In this document: one piece after another, positions 1 to 10,276 of the stretch
How the letters are laid out: every line of letters starts with the position of its first letter
How positions within the stretch are numbered: position 1 is the stretch's first letter
Notes under the pieces: generated by a model
Seen by the model: only the letters and a program-made list of their open reading frames with translations
Database searches by the model: none
What the model was told of the DNA's origin: nothing
Position numbers and translations under genes: made by a program
Assembly (NCBI RefSeq): GCF_033721375.1
Contig: NZ_JAWWAP010000004.1
Span: forward strand, 240,662 to 304,661
Length of the DNA: 64,000 nucleotides
Direction: 5' to 3'
DNA from: Arsukibacterium sp.
GTDB lineage: Bacteria > Pseudomonadota > Gammaproteobacteria > Enterobacterales > Alteromonadaceae

Positions 1-465
1 TTGTCCGGCTTGCTGGCGACTGAGCTGATAAAACTGGTTATCTCCGGCCTGTTGCAACAGGTACTGGTTATTACCGTCGTTATTATCAGCAACATTGGCC
101 GGATACAGCAGCCAGATCACCGGGCTCGACTCACCAACCAGCTGCACGCTGGCTTGTGCCACCGGCACCCGGCTATGCATCGGCACGGCCTCCACCGGTA
201 TCAACTGGCTATGCTGCCAGGCCAGCGCCAGTTGTGCCGGGTCAACATTGTCAGCTGACGGTTGTATTTGCCACTGCGGCCCGGCCTTCACCAGGCGCCT
301 GCCAGCAAAACCTATCATCAACAGCTGGGCGTCTGCCGGAATAAGCCGGTGCTCGGTAGCCATTTTCTGTTGCAAGCGTTGTGGAATGCCATACAACACA
401 AACATCAGAATAAGCACGGCAAAAATCAGCACGTTATTCCAGTTTCGACGAGAAAGTTTCAACAT
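1..465 (-). CDS. hypothetical membrane-anchored protein, partial (3' end lies beyond the left edge)
   Basis: The minus-strand frame is open from 522 to the window edge; I checked every in-frame triplet and found no tta/cta/tca. ATG at 465. The N-terminus MLKLSRRNWNNVLIFAVLILMFVLYG is a basic stretch followed by one hydrophobic helix. It is absent from the ORF track because it has no stop in the window. No family recognised. Confidence 0.45.
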   Translation of the reverse strand, partial: MLKLSRRNWNNVLIFAVLILMFVLYGIPQRLQQKMATEHRLIPADAQLLMIGFAGRRLVKAGPQWQIQPSADNVDPAQLALAWQHSQLIPVEAVPMHSRVPVAQASVQLVGESSPVIWLLYPANVADNNDGNNQYLLQQAGDNQFYQLSRQQAGQ

Positions 466-531
466 AGCTATCGTAGCTGCGCAAGGCAGCACCAGTCTGC
501 AAAGGGGCAGCGGCATAGTAACTTAGGCGGG

Positions 532-568
532 GTGTAAAAAGCAAAAACCCGGCGTTGGCCGGGTTTTC
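532..568 (-). terminator. rho-independent terminator after rpmG
   Basis: On the minus strand, a cccggc/gccggg stem with a 4-nt loop is followed by tttttgcttttt. It starts 8 nt downstream of the rpmG stop. Confidence 0.7.
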
Positions 569-575
569 AGGACGA

Positions 576-731
576 TTACTTGATTTTCGCTTCTTTGAAA
601 ATCACGTGCTTGCGCACTTTAGGATCGAACTTTTTAATTTCCATTTTTTCTGGCATGGTACGCTTGTTCTTCGTTGTAGTGTAGAAGAAGCCAGTACCGG
701 CAGAAGAAACTAAACGGATTTTATCGCGCAT
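576..731 (-). CDS. rpmG: 50S ribosomal protein L33
   Basis: Hand translation gives [51 protein letters not shown] (51 aa), near-identical to E. coli L33. It is below the ORF-track length cutoff and sits immediately downstream of rpmB, as in the rpmBG operon. Confidence 0.95.
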   Translation of the reverse strand: MRDKIRLVSSAGTGFFYTTTKNKRTMPEKMEIKKFDPKVRKHVIFKEAKIK

Positions 732-742
732 GAGTTAATTCC

Positions 743-979
743 TTATACCTTGTGACCGTTGGCACGAACGTCTACTAACACAGCGTCGATACCTTTCTTG
801 TCAATAATACGCATACCACGGGTGGTAGTACGTAAAGTAACAAAACGGTTTTCGCTTTCAACCCAGAAACGGTGAGTTTGCAGGTTAGGCAGGAAACGGC
901 GCTTTGTCGCGTTGTTGGCGTGCGAACGACGGTTACCTACCATCGGACCTTTGCCAGTTACTTGGCATACTCTAGACAT
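743..979 (-). CDS. rpmB: 50S ribosomal protein L28
   Basis: [50 protein letters not shown] matches the L28 family sequence. Followed by rpmG. Confidence 0.97.
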   Translation of the reverse strand: MSRVCQVTGKGPMVGNRRSHANNATKRRFLPNLQTHRFWVESENRFVTLRTTTRGMRIIDKKGIDAVLVDVRANGHKV

Positions 980-1158
980 GTCTATATTTCTCCAAAATTA
1001 CGTCAGCTCGAGCTATCATTCACCCTTCTGGCCTTGAAGGTTGCCCCGAAAATGGATGAGGGCGCACTTTATACACGAAAGCCCCATTAAACTCAAGAGA
1101 ATTTAAATGGCACTTCAGGCAGATCCATTGGCGATCCGCCCATCTCGTTCAAAAATTG

Positions 1159-1833
1159 TTAAAGCCAGCCGCGTTCTGCAAAAGACACAACTTCTGCATC
1201 GCCCACCACAAAATGGTCCAGTATTTTAATATCTACCAAAGCCATGGCCTGGGTCAGGCGCTCCGTTATTGCCCTGTCGGCGCGGCTTGGCTCTGCCACC
1301 CCGGAAGGATGATTATGAGCCAATATAACGGCGGCGGCATTATGCGCTAAAGCGCGCTGAACTACAATACGCGGATATACCGGCGATGCGTCGATAGTGC
1401 CCATAAATAGCGGCTCGCTGGCAATTAAACGATGCTGATTATCAAGATAAAGTAGTAAGAACACTTCACGCTGTTCATGGCCAATGGTATGCGATAAAAA
1501 TTTTTTCACCAGCGCCGGTTCAGTAAACACGGTTTCCCGCTGCAATTGCTGCTGCATATAGCGCTTGCTAAGCTCCAGCACCGCCTGCAACTGGACAAAC
1601 TTTGCCTCGCCCAGGCCCTTAGCCTGACAAAACTCATGCTGGCTGGCCCCCATTAAGCGCCGTAAAGAGCCAAAGTGGTTCAGCAACTGGCGGGCCAGCG
1701 TTACCGCGTCACAGCCACTGACCCCGGTGCGCAGAAATATCGCTAACAGCTCGGCATCCGATAATGCCTTAGGCCCCAGTTGCAGCAGTTTTTCCCGCGG
1801 TCGTTCGGTTACTGGCCAGTCAGAAATTGCCAT
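1159..1833 (-). CDS. radC: RadC/YicR-family JAB-domain protein (UPF0758)
   Basis: 224 aa with an N-terminal HhH-like region ([10 protein letters not shown]) and the C-terminal JAMM motif HNHPSG. Conserved position between rpmBG and coaBC. Confidence 0.9.
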   Translation of the reverse strand: MAISDWPVTERPREKLLQLGPKALSDAELLAIFLRTGVSGCDAVTLARQLLNHFGSLRRLMGASQHEFCQAKGLGEAKFVQLQAVLELSKRYMQQQLQRETVFTEPALVKKFLSHTIGHEQREVFLLLYLDNQHRLIASEPLFMGTIDASPVYPRIVVQRALAHNAAAVILAHNHPSGVAEPSRADRAITERLTQAMALVDIKILDHFVVGDAEVVSFAERGWL

Positions 1834-1915
1834 CTGAATCCTCCCTGAATTGATGCTGATTTTTACGTTCCGTGTTATCTTATGCCGATGATTTCCGGAC
1901 CAGCTTTAGGTATTT

Positions 1916-3187
1916 ATGCAGCAGACACTGGCAGCCAAACGTATATTACTGGGCATTAGTGGCGGTATCGCCGCATACAAAAGTGCCGATTTAGTCCGCC
2001 GCTTAAAAGAGCGGGGCGCCGAGGTAAGAGTGATCCTGACCGACGCAGCCCAGCAATTTATTACCCCGCTTACCTTGCAGGCGGTATCCGGCAACCCGGT
2101 TAGTACCAGTATGCTCGACCCGGCAGCAGAAGCAGCAATGGGTCATATTGAACTGGCCAAATGGGCCGACCTGATTGTGGTTGCTCCGGCCTCTGCCGAT
2201 GTTATCGCCCGGCTGGCGCATGGTATGGCCAACGATTTACTGACCACCTGCGTGCTGGCCTCTGCCGCGCCTGTGGCGGTAGCGCCCGCCATGAACCAGC
2301 AGATGTATAACAATATAGCTACCCAGCAAAACTTAGCAACACTAAAAAAACATAAATTTCACATTTATGGCCCGGGTGCCGGTGAGCAGGCCTGTGGCGA
2401 TGTCGGCTATGGCCGGATGCTGGAACCGTTAGAGCTGGTGGCATTAGTTGAACAAACTATTGGCCAGGGCACTCAACAGACCAATGAGCAAAGCCAGTTA
2501 CCAGCAAGCCCATTAGCCGGCCTGCGTTTTACTATTACTGCCGGCCCTACCCGCGAAGCACTGGACCCGGTGCGGTACTTATCAAACCACAGCTCTGGCA
2601 AAATGGGTTTTTCTTTAGCCGCCGCTGCTGCTGCGATGGGTGCTGATGTCACCCTGATTAGTGGGCCGGTACAACTGGCTACCCCGGCCGGGGTTAAGCG
2701 GACAGATGTTATCAGCGCACAGCAGATGCATGATGTGGCATTAAAAGCAGCGGTAAAAAGCGATATTTTTATCGGCTGCGCGGCTGTGGCCGATTACCGG
2801 GCAGCTGATGTGGCAAGCAATAAGCTTAAAAAAGGTGCCGGCGACGAGCTGCAGCTAACCCTGATTAAAAACCCGGATATTATTGCTGCGGTAGCGGGCC
2901 TGCATGAACAACGCCCTTTTACCGTCGGCTTTGCTGCTGAGACGCAGGATGTCCTGAATTATGCCCGGCAAAAGCTGCTGAAGAAAAAACTCGATATGAT
3001 TTGCGCCAATGATGTTTCGCAACCTGATGCCGGCTTTAACAGCGATCAGAATGCGGTAACACTGCTGTGGCAAAGTGGCGAGCAGACACTGGCCCTGCAA
3101 AGCAAGAGCGCGCTGGCCGAAAGCCTGATAACCCTGATTTCTAAGCAATTTTCTAATAAAAGCACAACGAGCGAAGCCAACAAATGA
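1916..3187 (+). CDS. coaBC: bifunctional phosphopantothenoylcysteine decarboxylase / phosphopantothenate-cysteine ligase
   Basis: 423 aa. N-terminal flavoprotein motif [13 protein letters not shown] and PAMNxxM, with a C-terminal CoaB domain. Its end overlaps the dut start (ATGA), as in the dfp-dut arrangement. Confidence 0.95.
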   Translation: MQQTLAAKRILLGISGGIAAYKSADLVRRLKERGAEVRVILTDAAQQFITPLTLQAVSGNPVSTSMLDPAAEAAMGHIELAKWADLIVVAPASADVIARLAHGMANDLLTTCVLASAAPVAVAPAMNQQMYNNIATQQNLATLKKHKFHIYGPGAGEQACGDVGYGRMLEPLELVALVEQTIGQGTQQTNEQSQLPASPLAGLRFTITAGPTREALDPVRYLSNHSSGKMGFSLAAAAAAMGADVTLISGPVQLATPAGVKRTDVISAQQMHDVALKAAVKSDIFIGCAAVADYRAADVASNKLKKGAGDELQLTLIKNPDIIAAVAGLHEQRPFTVGFAAETQDVLNYARQKLLKKKLDMICANDVSQPDAGFNSDQNAVTLLWQSGEQTLALQSKSALAESLITLISKQFSNKSTTSEANK

Positions 3188-3642
3188 ATAAAGCAATTGA
3201 GCTGAAGATCCTTGACCCCCGTATTGGTAACGAATTCCCGCTGCCGGCCTACGCCACCCCGGGTTCAGCCGGCCTTGATTTACGCGCCTGTCTTGATCAG
3301 ACACTGACCCTGGAACCAGGCCATACGGTATTAATTCCAACCGGTATTTCGATTTTTATCGGTGATGCTAATTTATGCGCCACTATTTTACCGCGCTCTG
3401 GCCTGGGCCATAAACACGGTATCGTGCTTGGTAATCTGGTGGGCTTAATTGACTCTGATTATCAGGGGCCATTAATGGTGTCTATGTGGAACCGGGGCCA
3501 GCAGGCATTCAGCATTGAACCAGGCGACAGGATTGCCCAGCTGGTGTTTATGCCGGTGGTACAGGCAGAGTTTAAGCTAGTTGATAGCTTTGACGCCTCA
3601 GAGCGTGGTGAAGGTGGTTTTGGTCACTCGGGTAAAAGCTAG
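3184..3642 (+). CDS. dut: dUTP diphosphatase
   Basis: 152 aa. The motifs [35 protein letters not shown] and GGFGHSG are classic trimeric dUTPase motifs. Confidence 0.97.
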   Translation: MNKAIELKILDPRIGNEFPLPAYATPGSAGLDLRACLDQTLTLEPGHTVLIPTGISIFIGDANLCATILPRSGLGHKHGIVLGNLVGLIDSDYQGPLMVSMWNRGQQAFSIEPGDRIAQLVFMPVVQAEFKLVDSFDASERGEGGFGHSGKS

Positions 3643-3698
3643 TTAGTCTTAGATTACATGATGGAAACGGAACTCTTAGTTTGAGTATAAAACCTCCA

Positions 3699-3791
3699 GG
3701 CAACACACTTGTTCACCGCCTTCAAGGATCACATCCATGTGCCCTTTCAGGCTCCGCGGCATCCATGCCGCTGTTCCGCAAGTATGTTGCC
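3699..3791. repeat. palindromic intergenic element, family 1, copy 1 (about 93 bp with 13-bp terminal inverted repeats)
   Basis: Termini ggcaacacacttg (3699-3711) and caagtatgttgcc (3779-3791) are inverted repeats. The core, on its reverse complement, matches 4655-4720 (ggaacagcggcatggatgccgcg...gatgtgatccttgaag) with a handful of mismatches and contains the internal palindrome gcggcat..atgccgc. Confidence 0.6.
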
Positions 3792-3876
3792 TTACGGTTT
3801 CTTCAAGTTTAGGGGTAGCCGTCCTTAAAGGCGGCGAAAGGCGCATACTGGCTGGACGAGCCTTACACCGCAACAT

Positions 3877-3920
3877 GCGGCTGTTCCACAAGTATGTTGC
3901 CTTACGGTTTTCTTTAAGTT
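3877..3920. repeat. partial second copy of the family-1 element end (direct repeat of 3767-3809)
   Basis: gcggctgttccacaagtatgttgccttacggttttctttaagtt compared with gccgctgttccgcaagtatgttgccttacggtttcttcaagtt, 110 bp upstream. Confidence 0.55.
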
Positions 3921-3970
3921 GCAGCAGGCCAAGCAGTAGATACTCAATAAGTTTATTTTCAGGAACAGCT

Positions 3971-4561
3971 ATGTCAACACCGCGTCGCGGCAACAGAAAA
4001 GAAGATATTTTGCAGGCGTTAGCCGCCATGTTGCAAAGCAATAATGGCCAGCGTATTACCACTGCTGCCCTCGCCGAAAAAGTCGGGGTGTCCGAGGCTG
4101 CGCTATATCGCCACTTTCCCAGCAAAGCCAGGATGTTTGAAGGCTTAATTGAGTTTATTGAAGATACCCTGCTCTCCCGGATAAACAGCATTTCAGATGA
4201 GCATAAAGATACTCAAAGCCGGATAGAACTGATGATGCAGCTTATTCTGGTATTTGCCGAGCGTAACCCCGGCTTTTGCCGCATTCTTACCGGTGATGCG
4301 CTGCAGGGAGAGCAGGAACGCTTACTGGAGCGGGTTGCTGCGCTGTTTGAAAAGCTGGAAACCCAGTTTAAACAAACCCTGCGCGAGCGCAAATTGCGCG
4401 AAGGTAAAGGCTTTAGTATTGATGAAGGCGAGCTGGCTAACCTGTTACTGGCAACAGTTGAGGGCAAAATAAGCCAGTTTGTCCGCTCGGGTTTTAAACG
4501 CCTGCCTACCGCTGCCTGGCAAAACCAGTGGGCACTATTACAACAAGCATTATTTAACTGA
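3971..4561 (+). CDS. slmA: nucleoid occlusion factor SlmA (TetR family)
   Basis: From the ATG at 3971, [67 protein letters not shown] aligns closely with E. coli SlmA. The longer track ORF from 3737 reads through the repeat element and is rejected. Confidence 0.9.
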   Translation: MSTPRRGNRKEDILQALAAMLQSNNGQRITTAALAEKVGVSEAALYRHFPSKARMFEGLIEFIEDTLLSRINSISDEHKDTQSRIELMMQLILVFAERNPGFCRILTGDALQGEQERLLERVAALFEKLETQFKQTLRERKLREGKGFSIDEGELANLLLATVEGKISQFVRSGFKRLPTAAWQNQWALLQQALFN

Positions 4562-4642
4562 GAAAGTTACTTTGGGATGTATACCTGACATAAAGCGTCA
4601 GGTCAGAAAAAGTGGTGAAGTGCTACTGTAGAGCAAGGTGTC

Positions 4643-4734
4643 AGGTAATGCTTATGGAACAGCGGCATGGATGCCGCGCAGGCTGAAGGGGCACAGGGAT
4701 GTGATCCTTGAAGCCGGTGGAGTAAGCGTTACCT
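4643..4734. repeat. palindromic intergenic element, family 1, copy 2 (inverted relative to copy 1)
   Basis: The core ggaacagcggcatggatgccgcgcaggctgaaggggcacagggatgtgatccttgaagccggtgg is flanked by the arms aggtaatgcttat and agtaagcgttacct, which are complementary to each other. Confidence 0.6.
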
Positions 4735-4762
4735 GATGCCTTGCGTTCCTATTTACAGTGAC

Positions 4763-5410
4763 TTATATCTTCACACCATATTGCGCCCGATAAGCTTTCA
4801 CCGCCTGCAGATGCTCAGCCATTTCTGGCTTATCCGCTAAATAGCTGATTAAATCCGGCAGGCTGATAATAGCCACAACCTTAGTGTTAAAATCGCGCTC
4901 CACTTCCTGAATAGCCGACAGCTCACCCTGACCACGTTCCTGCCGGTCCAGCGCCACCAGCACGCCACTAAGCTCAGCACCCTGTGCCTGAATAAGCTGC
5001 ATCGACTCACGAATGGCGGTACCGGCGGTAATCACATCATCCACCAGCATAATCCGGCCCTTAAGCGGCGAGCCGACTACATTGCCACCCTCGCCATGGG
5101 TCTTCGCCTCTTTGCGATTAAAGCAGTAAGGCACATCGAGATCATAATGATCTGCTAATGCCACTGCTGTAGTAGTGGCAATAGGTATGCCTTTATAAGC
5201 CGGACCAAACAACACATCGAATTCAATTGCCGCATCCTGTAACGCCGCGGCATAAAACCGGCCCAGTTTCGCCAGATCACTACCGGTATTAAACAAGCCG
5301 GCATTAAAGAAATACGGGCTGGTGCGGCCCGATTTCAGCGTAAACTGGCCAAACTTTAGTACCTGACGGTTCAGGGCAAATTCAATAAAATCTCGTTGAA
5401 ACTGCTTCAT
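4763..5410 (-). CDS. pyrE: orotate phosphoribosyltransferase
   Basis: 215 aa with the PRPP-binding motif [13 protein letters not shown] and a typical PyrE N-terminus ([29 protein letters not shown]). Lies downstream of rph, as in the rph-pyrE operon. Confidence 0.97.
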   Translation of the reverse strand: MKQFQRDFIEFALNRQVLKFGQFTLKSGRTSPYFFNAGLFNTGSDLAKLGRFYAAALQDAAIEFDVLFGPAYKGIPIATTTAVALADHYDLDVPYCFNRKEAKTHGEGGNVVGSPLKGRIMLVDDVITAGTAIRESMQLIQAQGAELSGVLVALDRQERGQGELSAIQEVERDFNTKVVAIISLPDLISYLADKPEMAEHLQAVKAYRAQYGVKI

Positions 5411-5428
5411 GCTCTTGTTGCCCCCTGC

Positions 5429-6142
5429 CTACGCCAGCACCCGTTTTTGCTCTTCAATAATTTCCCGGATGGCATGGCGACCCAAATCCATCATTTGCTG
5501 CATTTCATCAAAGCTGAAGGGTTCAGTTTCGGCCGTGCCCTGTACTTCAATAATTTTGCCGGTTTCAGTCATGACGATATTCATATCAGTTTCGGCATTA
5601 GAGTCTTCCGCGTAATCTAAATCGGCTACCGGCGTGCCTTTGTAAACACCGACTGAAACCGCAGCAACCATGTATTTTAACGGATTGGTTTTAATGGTGC
5701 CTTTGGCGCGCATAAAATTCAGCGCATCAACCAGCGCCACACAGGCACCGGTAATCGACGCCGTGCGCGTGCCGCCATCAGCCTGGATCACATCACAGTC
5801 AATGGTAATGGTATTTTCACCCAGCAGCTTTAAATCGACTGCGGTGCGCAGTGCCCGGCCAATTAAGCGCTGAATTTCCATGGTGCGGCCACCTTGTTTA
5901 CCGCGCGCCGCTTCGCGGTCATTGCGGGTATGGGTTGCCCGTGGCAGCATGCCATACTCGGCGGTTACCCAGCCTTTGCCCTGGCCTTTCATAAAGCGCG
6001 GCACCCCTTCAACCACACTGGCAGTACAAATTACCTTGGTATTGCCAAACTCAACCAACACCGAGCCTTCAGCATGAGCAGTAAATTGACGGGTAAAAGT
6101 AAGGGGACGGATCTGACTGGCGGTTCTGCCACTTGGACGCAT
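5429..6142 (-). CDS. rph: ribonuclease PH
   Basis: 237 aa. [42 protein letters not shown] and [16 protein letters not shown] are canonical RNase PH sequences. Confidence 0.97.
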   Translation of the reverse strand: MRPSGRTASQIRPLTFTRQFTAHAEGSVLVEFGNTKVICTASVVEGVPRFMKGQGKGWVTAEYGMLPRATHTRNDREAARGKQGGRTMEIQRLIGRALRTAVDLKLLGENTITIDCDVIQADGGTRTASITGACVALVDALNFMRAKGTIKTNPLKYMVAAVSVGVYKGTPVADLDYAEDSNAETDMNIVMTETGKIIEVQGTAETEPFSFDEMQQMMDLGRHAIREIIEEQKRVLA

Positions 6143-6267
6143 AGCTGCACTCCTGAAATTAACAATGGCGGCTATTATAGGTGTTTAAACAACTGAGGGC
6201 GAGCGATTCGCCAAATTCCGTTGGCCTGCGGTATACTCTGGTTTTATTTGCCGCCAGAGAGTTTTTT

Positions 6268-7128
6268 ATGATCCACAGCATGACCGCCTTCGCCCGTCAC
6301 GAAACTAAAGCCAGCTGGGGCACCGCCCAGTGGGAAATCCGCTCAGTTAATCAGCGCTATCTGGAAAGCTATTTCCGGCTGCCCGAGCAATTCCGTGGTC
6401 TGGAAAGTTTGCTGCGTGACAAACTGCGCAACAGTCTGCAACGTGGCAAAATTGAAGTGAATCTGCGTTATCATGCCAATCAGGCCGCTGGCGAACTGAC
6501 CCTGAACGAAGTATTCGCCGAGCAATTGCTGCAAAAAGCCCAGCAACTGCTGCAAAAAACGCCGCAGGCACAACTGAATATTGCTGACATTCTGCGCTGG
6601 CCCGGTGTGATGGAAACCCCCACTGAAGATTTAGACGCGCGGCAGGGTGAACTGCTGGCCGGGTTTGATGCCGCACTGCAGGATTTTCTGGCCGGCCGTG
6701 GCCGTGAAGGTGAAGCAATAGAACAAATGATCCAGCAGCGTTTAACCGCCATTGGCGAGCAAGTGGCTTTTGTCCGAACTCATCTGCCCCAGGCCATGCA
6801 ATGGCAGCGCGATCGGATTGTAAACCGCTTAAACGACATTAAAGCCGATATTGAACAAGGCCGTTTAGAGCAGGAAATGGCGTTTTTAGCCTCAAAATCT
6901 GATGTTGCTGAAGAGCTCGACCGGCTCGACGCCCATATCAAAGAAACCCGCCACACCCTGAAAAAAGGCGGCGCCTGCGGCCGGCGGCTCGATTTTATGA
7001 TGCAGGAATTTAATCGCGAAGCGAATACCCTCTCATCCAAAGCCATCAGCACCGAGATCACCAATGCCGCGGTGGAGCTTAAAGTGCTGATAGAGCAGAT
7101 GAGAGAACAAATCCAAAACGTAGAATAA
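6268..7128 (+). CDS. yicC: YicC-family stress-induced protein (putative endoribonuclease)
   Basis: From the ATG at 6268, MIHSMTAFARHETKASWGTAQWEIRSVNQRYLESYFRLPEQFR parallels E. coli YicC. The C-terminal DUF1732 motif FMMQEFNREANTLSSKA is present. Confidence 0.9.
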   Translation: MIHSMTAFARHETKASWGTAQWEIRSVNQRYLESYFRLPEQFRGLESLLRDKLRNSLQRGKIEVNLRYHANQAAGELTLNEVFAEQLLQKAQQLLQKTPQAQLNIADILRWPGVMETPTEDLDARQGELLAGFDAALQDFLAGRGREGEAIEQMIQQRLTAIGEQVAFVRTHLPQAMQWQRDRIVNRLNDIKADIEQGRLEQEMAFLASKSDVAEELDRLDAHIKETRHTLKKGGACGRRLDFMMQEFNREANTLSSKAISTEITNAAVELKVLIEQMREQIQNVE

Positions 7129-7139
7129 CTCTGGCCAGC

Positions 7140-10100
7140 TTACACCTCAGCCAGCTGTTGACCGCGGCTGGCAATCAGCCACTTCCTGGCAAGCAGTTCG
7201 TCAAGCTCAGCCCGATTATCACTGGCCGCTAAATTGGCAGGCGCATCGGGCCCCGGTTGCAACAGCATATAATCAGCCCGGCCGCTGTTTTTAATTTTAT
7301 ACAAGGCCGCATCGGCCAGATACAAACTGTATTGCCAGTCCCAGCCCGGCGGCTGAACGGTTGCGCCGATTGAACAGGTTATGCTAACCGGTACCCCCAG
7401 CTGTTGTTGCCAGGGATAACTATGTACCAGCTGCTGTAAGCGCTCGATATAATGTTGTACCTCACCGCTTTGCTCCAGGATCAACAGAAACTCCTCACCG
7501 CCCCAACGGATAAGGTGATCATTACTGCGGCTATGCTGCTGTAAAATGGCGGCAAAATGTTTAAGCACATTGTCACCAAGCTGATGACCGAATTGATCAT
7601 TAATCCGTTTAAAGTAATCCAGATCCAGTAAAATCCAGGTAAGTGGCTGCTCATTGCGCTGGGCCCGGGCCAGCATAGCGTCGATATTCACATCCAGATA
7701 ATGGCGGTTATGCAGTTCAGTTAAGGCGTCCTGCATACTCATCTGCTGCAGTTTCTGGTTCGCCTGATACAACTCCTGGGTCCGTTCCGTTACCTGGCGG
7801 CTCAGCTCTTTGCGGGCATGGGCCAGCGACGTTAGCCGTAACCGGTACACCAGCCAGAATATCGCCAGTAATAACCCTGCCAGCAGTAGCCGCGCAGTTA
7901 AGGTTTCATGCCAGTAAGGTTGTAAATGAACGTCCATGGTCGCCGCATCGCTCCAGCGATAATCGCCGGCCACTTTCACCTGCACATGAAAACGATAATT
8001 GCCCGGCGGTAAATTGGTATAAAACGCCTCGCGCCGGCTGCCTGCATCAACCCAGCTTTGCTCGTAGCCTTCCAGCTGATAGCGGGTATCAATTGATGAT
8101 GCCTGATAGTAATAAGGTGCACTGAACCGGAAATGCCAGTCCCGCTGCGTCGGTGCCAGCCTGACTGAATTCTTACTATGCTGCTGATTAGCAACCGTTA
8201 AACTTTCAATGACCGGTACCGGAACTGGAGCAGTGCTGTTCAGCCGATCCAGCCGCAACGCAATAATGCCGTCAAGGGTAGGAAACCAGATCCGGCCCTG
8301 ATGAACAACGCCTTTATTGCTGCCGGCGCCGTTACAGCAGCGGTGCGAGTCGGTAGCAGCTTCTGGCTGGCGATCATCCACCAGCATATACAGTTCAGAT
8401 ACCTCGCCTTGTTGCAACGCAGGGTAATCGAGCCGGTAGAACCCCTCAAAGTTGCTGATAACCAGTTTATCGTTTACCAGTGCGGCATGCATTACGCCAT
8501 TACCGGGCAGACCGTTTTGCTGACTGAAATGCTGCCAGTTGCCCGGCTTACCTAAAATAAAGCCCTGGTCAAAACTGCCTATCAGCATATTGCCATCAGG
8601 AAACTCAACTATCGCACTGATAAATTTATTTGAAAGTGGTATATCCAGCACCGGTTCAAACTGGTCAGCATCGCGCAGATATAAACCCGACTCCGTACCT
8701 ACCCACAACCGGCCAAGGCTGTCAGCCAACAATGCTCTGATACTTAATGTCGTTAACGGTGGGGTGATGTCCTGCTGTGACAGTTCACCCTGTTCGATAA
8801 AATAGAGCCCGCCATTGCTGCCTACCCATACCCGCTGCTGCTCTGCAGTCATTGTGGTGATCAGCAAATGAGCGGTTTGCGGAAAGTTCTTCTGCCAGGC
8901 CAGAGTCTCAGCATCCAGCAAACTCAGGCCTGCCCGGGTACCCACCCACAGGTCATCCTGCTGATGCAGCAGGCTGTAAACATAAGGACTGGCTAACTGC
9001 TGATTGGCCAGTAACGGCTGAAACTCGCCATATCGTAACAATGCCATACCCTGGCTGGTTCCCACCATTAAATGCTGGTCCCAGGGCAGCACCGCCCAAC
9101 TGTAGGGATCCGGTAAACCGGCAGCGGTGCTGTATCGTTCCGTCAGAGCATTGCGTAAACGGATAACACCATGAGTGCGGCTGCCGAGCCAGATATTGTT
9201 ATGCTGATCCTGCAGCATACTTTCAATCCAGCGGAACGGTTTTTCTGCATTGCCGGGCTGCTGTATCTGGATAGCCTGACCCGAGATGACCTGATACAGA
9301 CCGTTAAGCGTAGACACCCACAATTGCTGTTGTTTGTCCTGATACATCAGTTCAATTCTGCTGTAGGGCGCCGTACCGGGCAGCTCAAGAGCCTGCCAGC
9401 GACCTTGCTGCCAGCGATACAGGCCTTTGCTTGTGCCAAGCAGTTTTGTGCTTCCTCTGACCGCTAACTCTGTCACCTGCAGTTCCTCGGTAGCGTCAGG
9501 CGCAGGATACCAGCGATACAGTTGCTGCTGATAAGAAGCGAAGCCATGCTGGCCTCCTATCCATAGCGTATCCTGCTGCGGATAAAGCTGAAAAACCGGT
9601 CCGTTGTGCTCAGCAACCGGTACGAGTTGCTGCTGTTGCCATTGATACAACTGATTGGCACCAATAAAAAACCGGCCATCTGCCAGCTCAGCAAAGCTGG
9701 TTATCGAGCCGGGCCTGATTTCGCTGGTAGCAACAGCAGTAAATTCGTTACTGGTGTAATAGCTTAAGCCGTTTACCGTGCCTATCCACAGCCGTTTTTC
9801 ACTGTCGAAATACAAGGCGGTAATTAAATTAGATTGCAGTTGCGGCGTGTTAGCGGTGTTAAAAACAGTAAACTTGTGACCATCAAACCGGGCCAGTCCG
9901 CTCTGGGTACCCAACCAGATATAACCTTGTTCATCCTGGGCTATTGCTGTAACAGAGACTTGTGGTAATCCGGCTTCAACTGACCAGTCGCGAAATAACA
10001 ACGACGCTTTATCCAAAGCGCCCGGCATCGCCATAGCACCGGCACTGACTGAGCACAGCATCAACCACTGTATTGCTGCCACAACATATCTGAACACCAA
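7140..10100 (-). CDS. sensor diguanylate cyclase (periplasmic two-component-regulator propeller repeats, Y_Y_Y-like domain, TM helix, coiled coil, GGDEF)
   Basis: 986 aa with an N-terminal signal or anchor. Many repeats of the type W(I/V)GTxxGL are typical of Reg_prop. TM helix LLLAGLLLAIFWLVY. The C-terminal GGDEF domain carries RSND-HLIRW-GGEEF, i.e. an RxxD I-site five residues before an intact GGEEF. GTG start at 10100; the exact start is uncertain. Confidence 0.88.
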   Translation of the reverse strand: MVFRYVVAAIQWLMLCSVSAGAMAMPGALDKASLLFRDWSVEAGLPQVSVTAIAQDEQGYIWLGTQSGLARFDGHKFTVFNTANTPQLQSNLITALYFDSEKRLWIGTVNGLSYYTSNEFTAVATSEIRPGSITSFAELADGRFFIGANQLYQWQQQQLVPVAEHNGPVFQLYPQQDTLWIGGQHGFASYQQQLYRWYPAPDATEELQVTELAVRGSTKLLGTSKGLYRWQQGRWQALELPGTAPYSRIELMYQDKQQQLWVSTLNGLYQVISGQAIQIQQPGNAEKPFRWIESMLQDQHNNIWLGSRTHGVIRLRNALTERYSTAAGLPDPYSWAVLPWDQHLMVGTSQGMALLRYGEFQPLLANQQLASPYVYSLLHQQDDLWVGTRAGLSLLDAETLAWQKNFPQTAHLLITTMTAEQQRVWVGSNGGLYFIEQGELSQQDITPPLTTLSIRALLADSLGRLWVGTESGLYLRDADQFEPVLDIPLSNKFISAIVEFPDGNMLIGSFDQGFILGKPGNWQHFSQQNGLPGNGVMHAALVNDKLVISNFEGFYRLDYPALQQGEVSELYMLVDDRQPEAATDSHRCCNGAGSNKGVVHQGRIWFPTLDGIIALRLDRLNSTAPVPVPVIESLTVANQQHSKNSVRLAPTQRDWHFRFSAPYYYQASSIDTRYQLEGYEQSWVDAGSRREAFYTNLPPGNYRFHVQVKVAGDYRWSDAATMDVHLQPYWHETLTARLLLAGLLLAIFWLVYRLRLTSLAHARKELSRQVTERTQELYQANQKLQQMSMQDALTELHNRHYLDVNIDAMLARAQRNEQPLTWILLDLDYFKRINDQFGHQLGDNVLKHFAAILQQHSRSNDHLIRWGGEEFLLILEQSGEVQHYIERLQQLVHSYPWQQQLGVPVSITCSIGATVQPPGWDWQYSLYLADAALYKIKNSGRADYMLLQPGPDAPANLAASDNRAELDELLARKWLIASRGQQLAEV

Positions 10101-10276
10101 ACCAGCTCCTTGCCTTGTTTACACTCTGATAATAGTTGTTACTTTACTAAAATGCCGCGGTTAGTTTTTACCAAAAGCTGACGAATGGTGGTTTTTAACC
10201 GCTGAGCGGTAGTATTGCGCTATTGGTCTTACCAGTGATAAGCTCGGCAGATATTTACTCTGACAACTGGCTGATC

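Noticed and set aside
95-537. Several + strand ORFs (62-143 aa) at the left edge.
   Set aside because: Their translations are Cys/Ala/Pro-rich and implausible, with no RBS. The opposite strand carries an uninterrupted frame with a membrane-anchor N-terminus that also fits the rpmBG transcription direction.
3737-3970. 78-codon N-terminal extension of the slmA ORF in the six-frame track ([13 protein letters not shown]...).
   Set aside because: The extension is translated from the palindromic repeat elements. The alignment with E. coli SlmA begins at the ATG at 3971, so the upstream part is a read-through artefact.
4578-4604. The hairpin acctgac-ataaagc-gtcaggt after slmA as a terminator.
   Set aside because: A 7-bp stem with no U-tract on either strand (it is followed by cagaaaaag). 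Not supportable as an intrinsic terminator.
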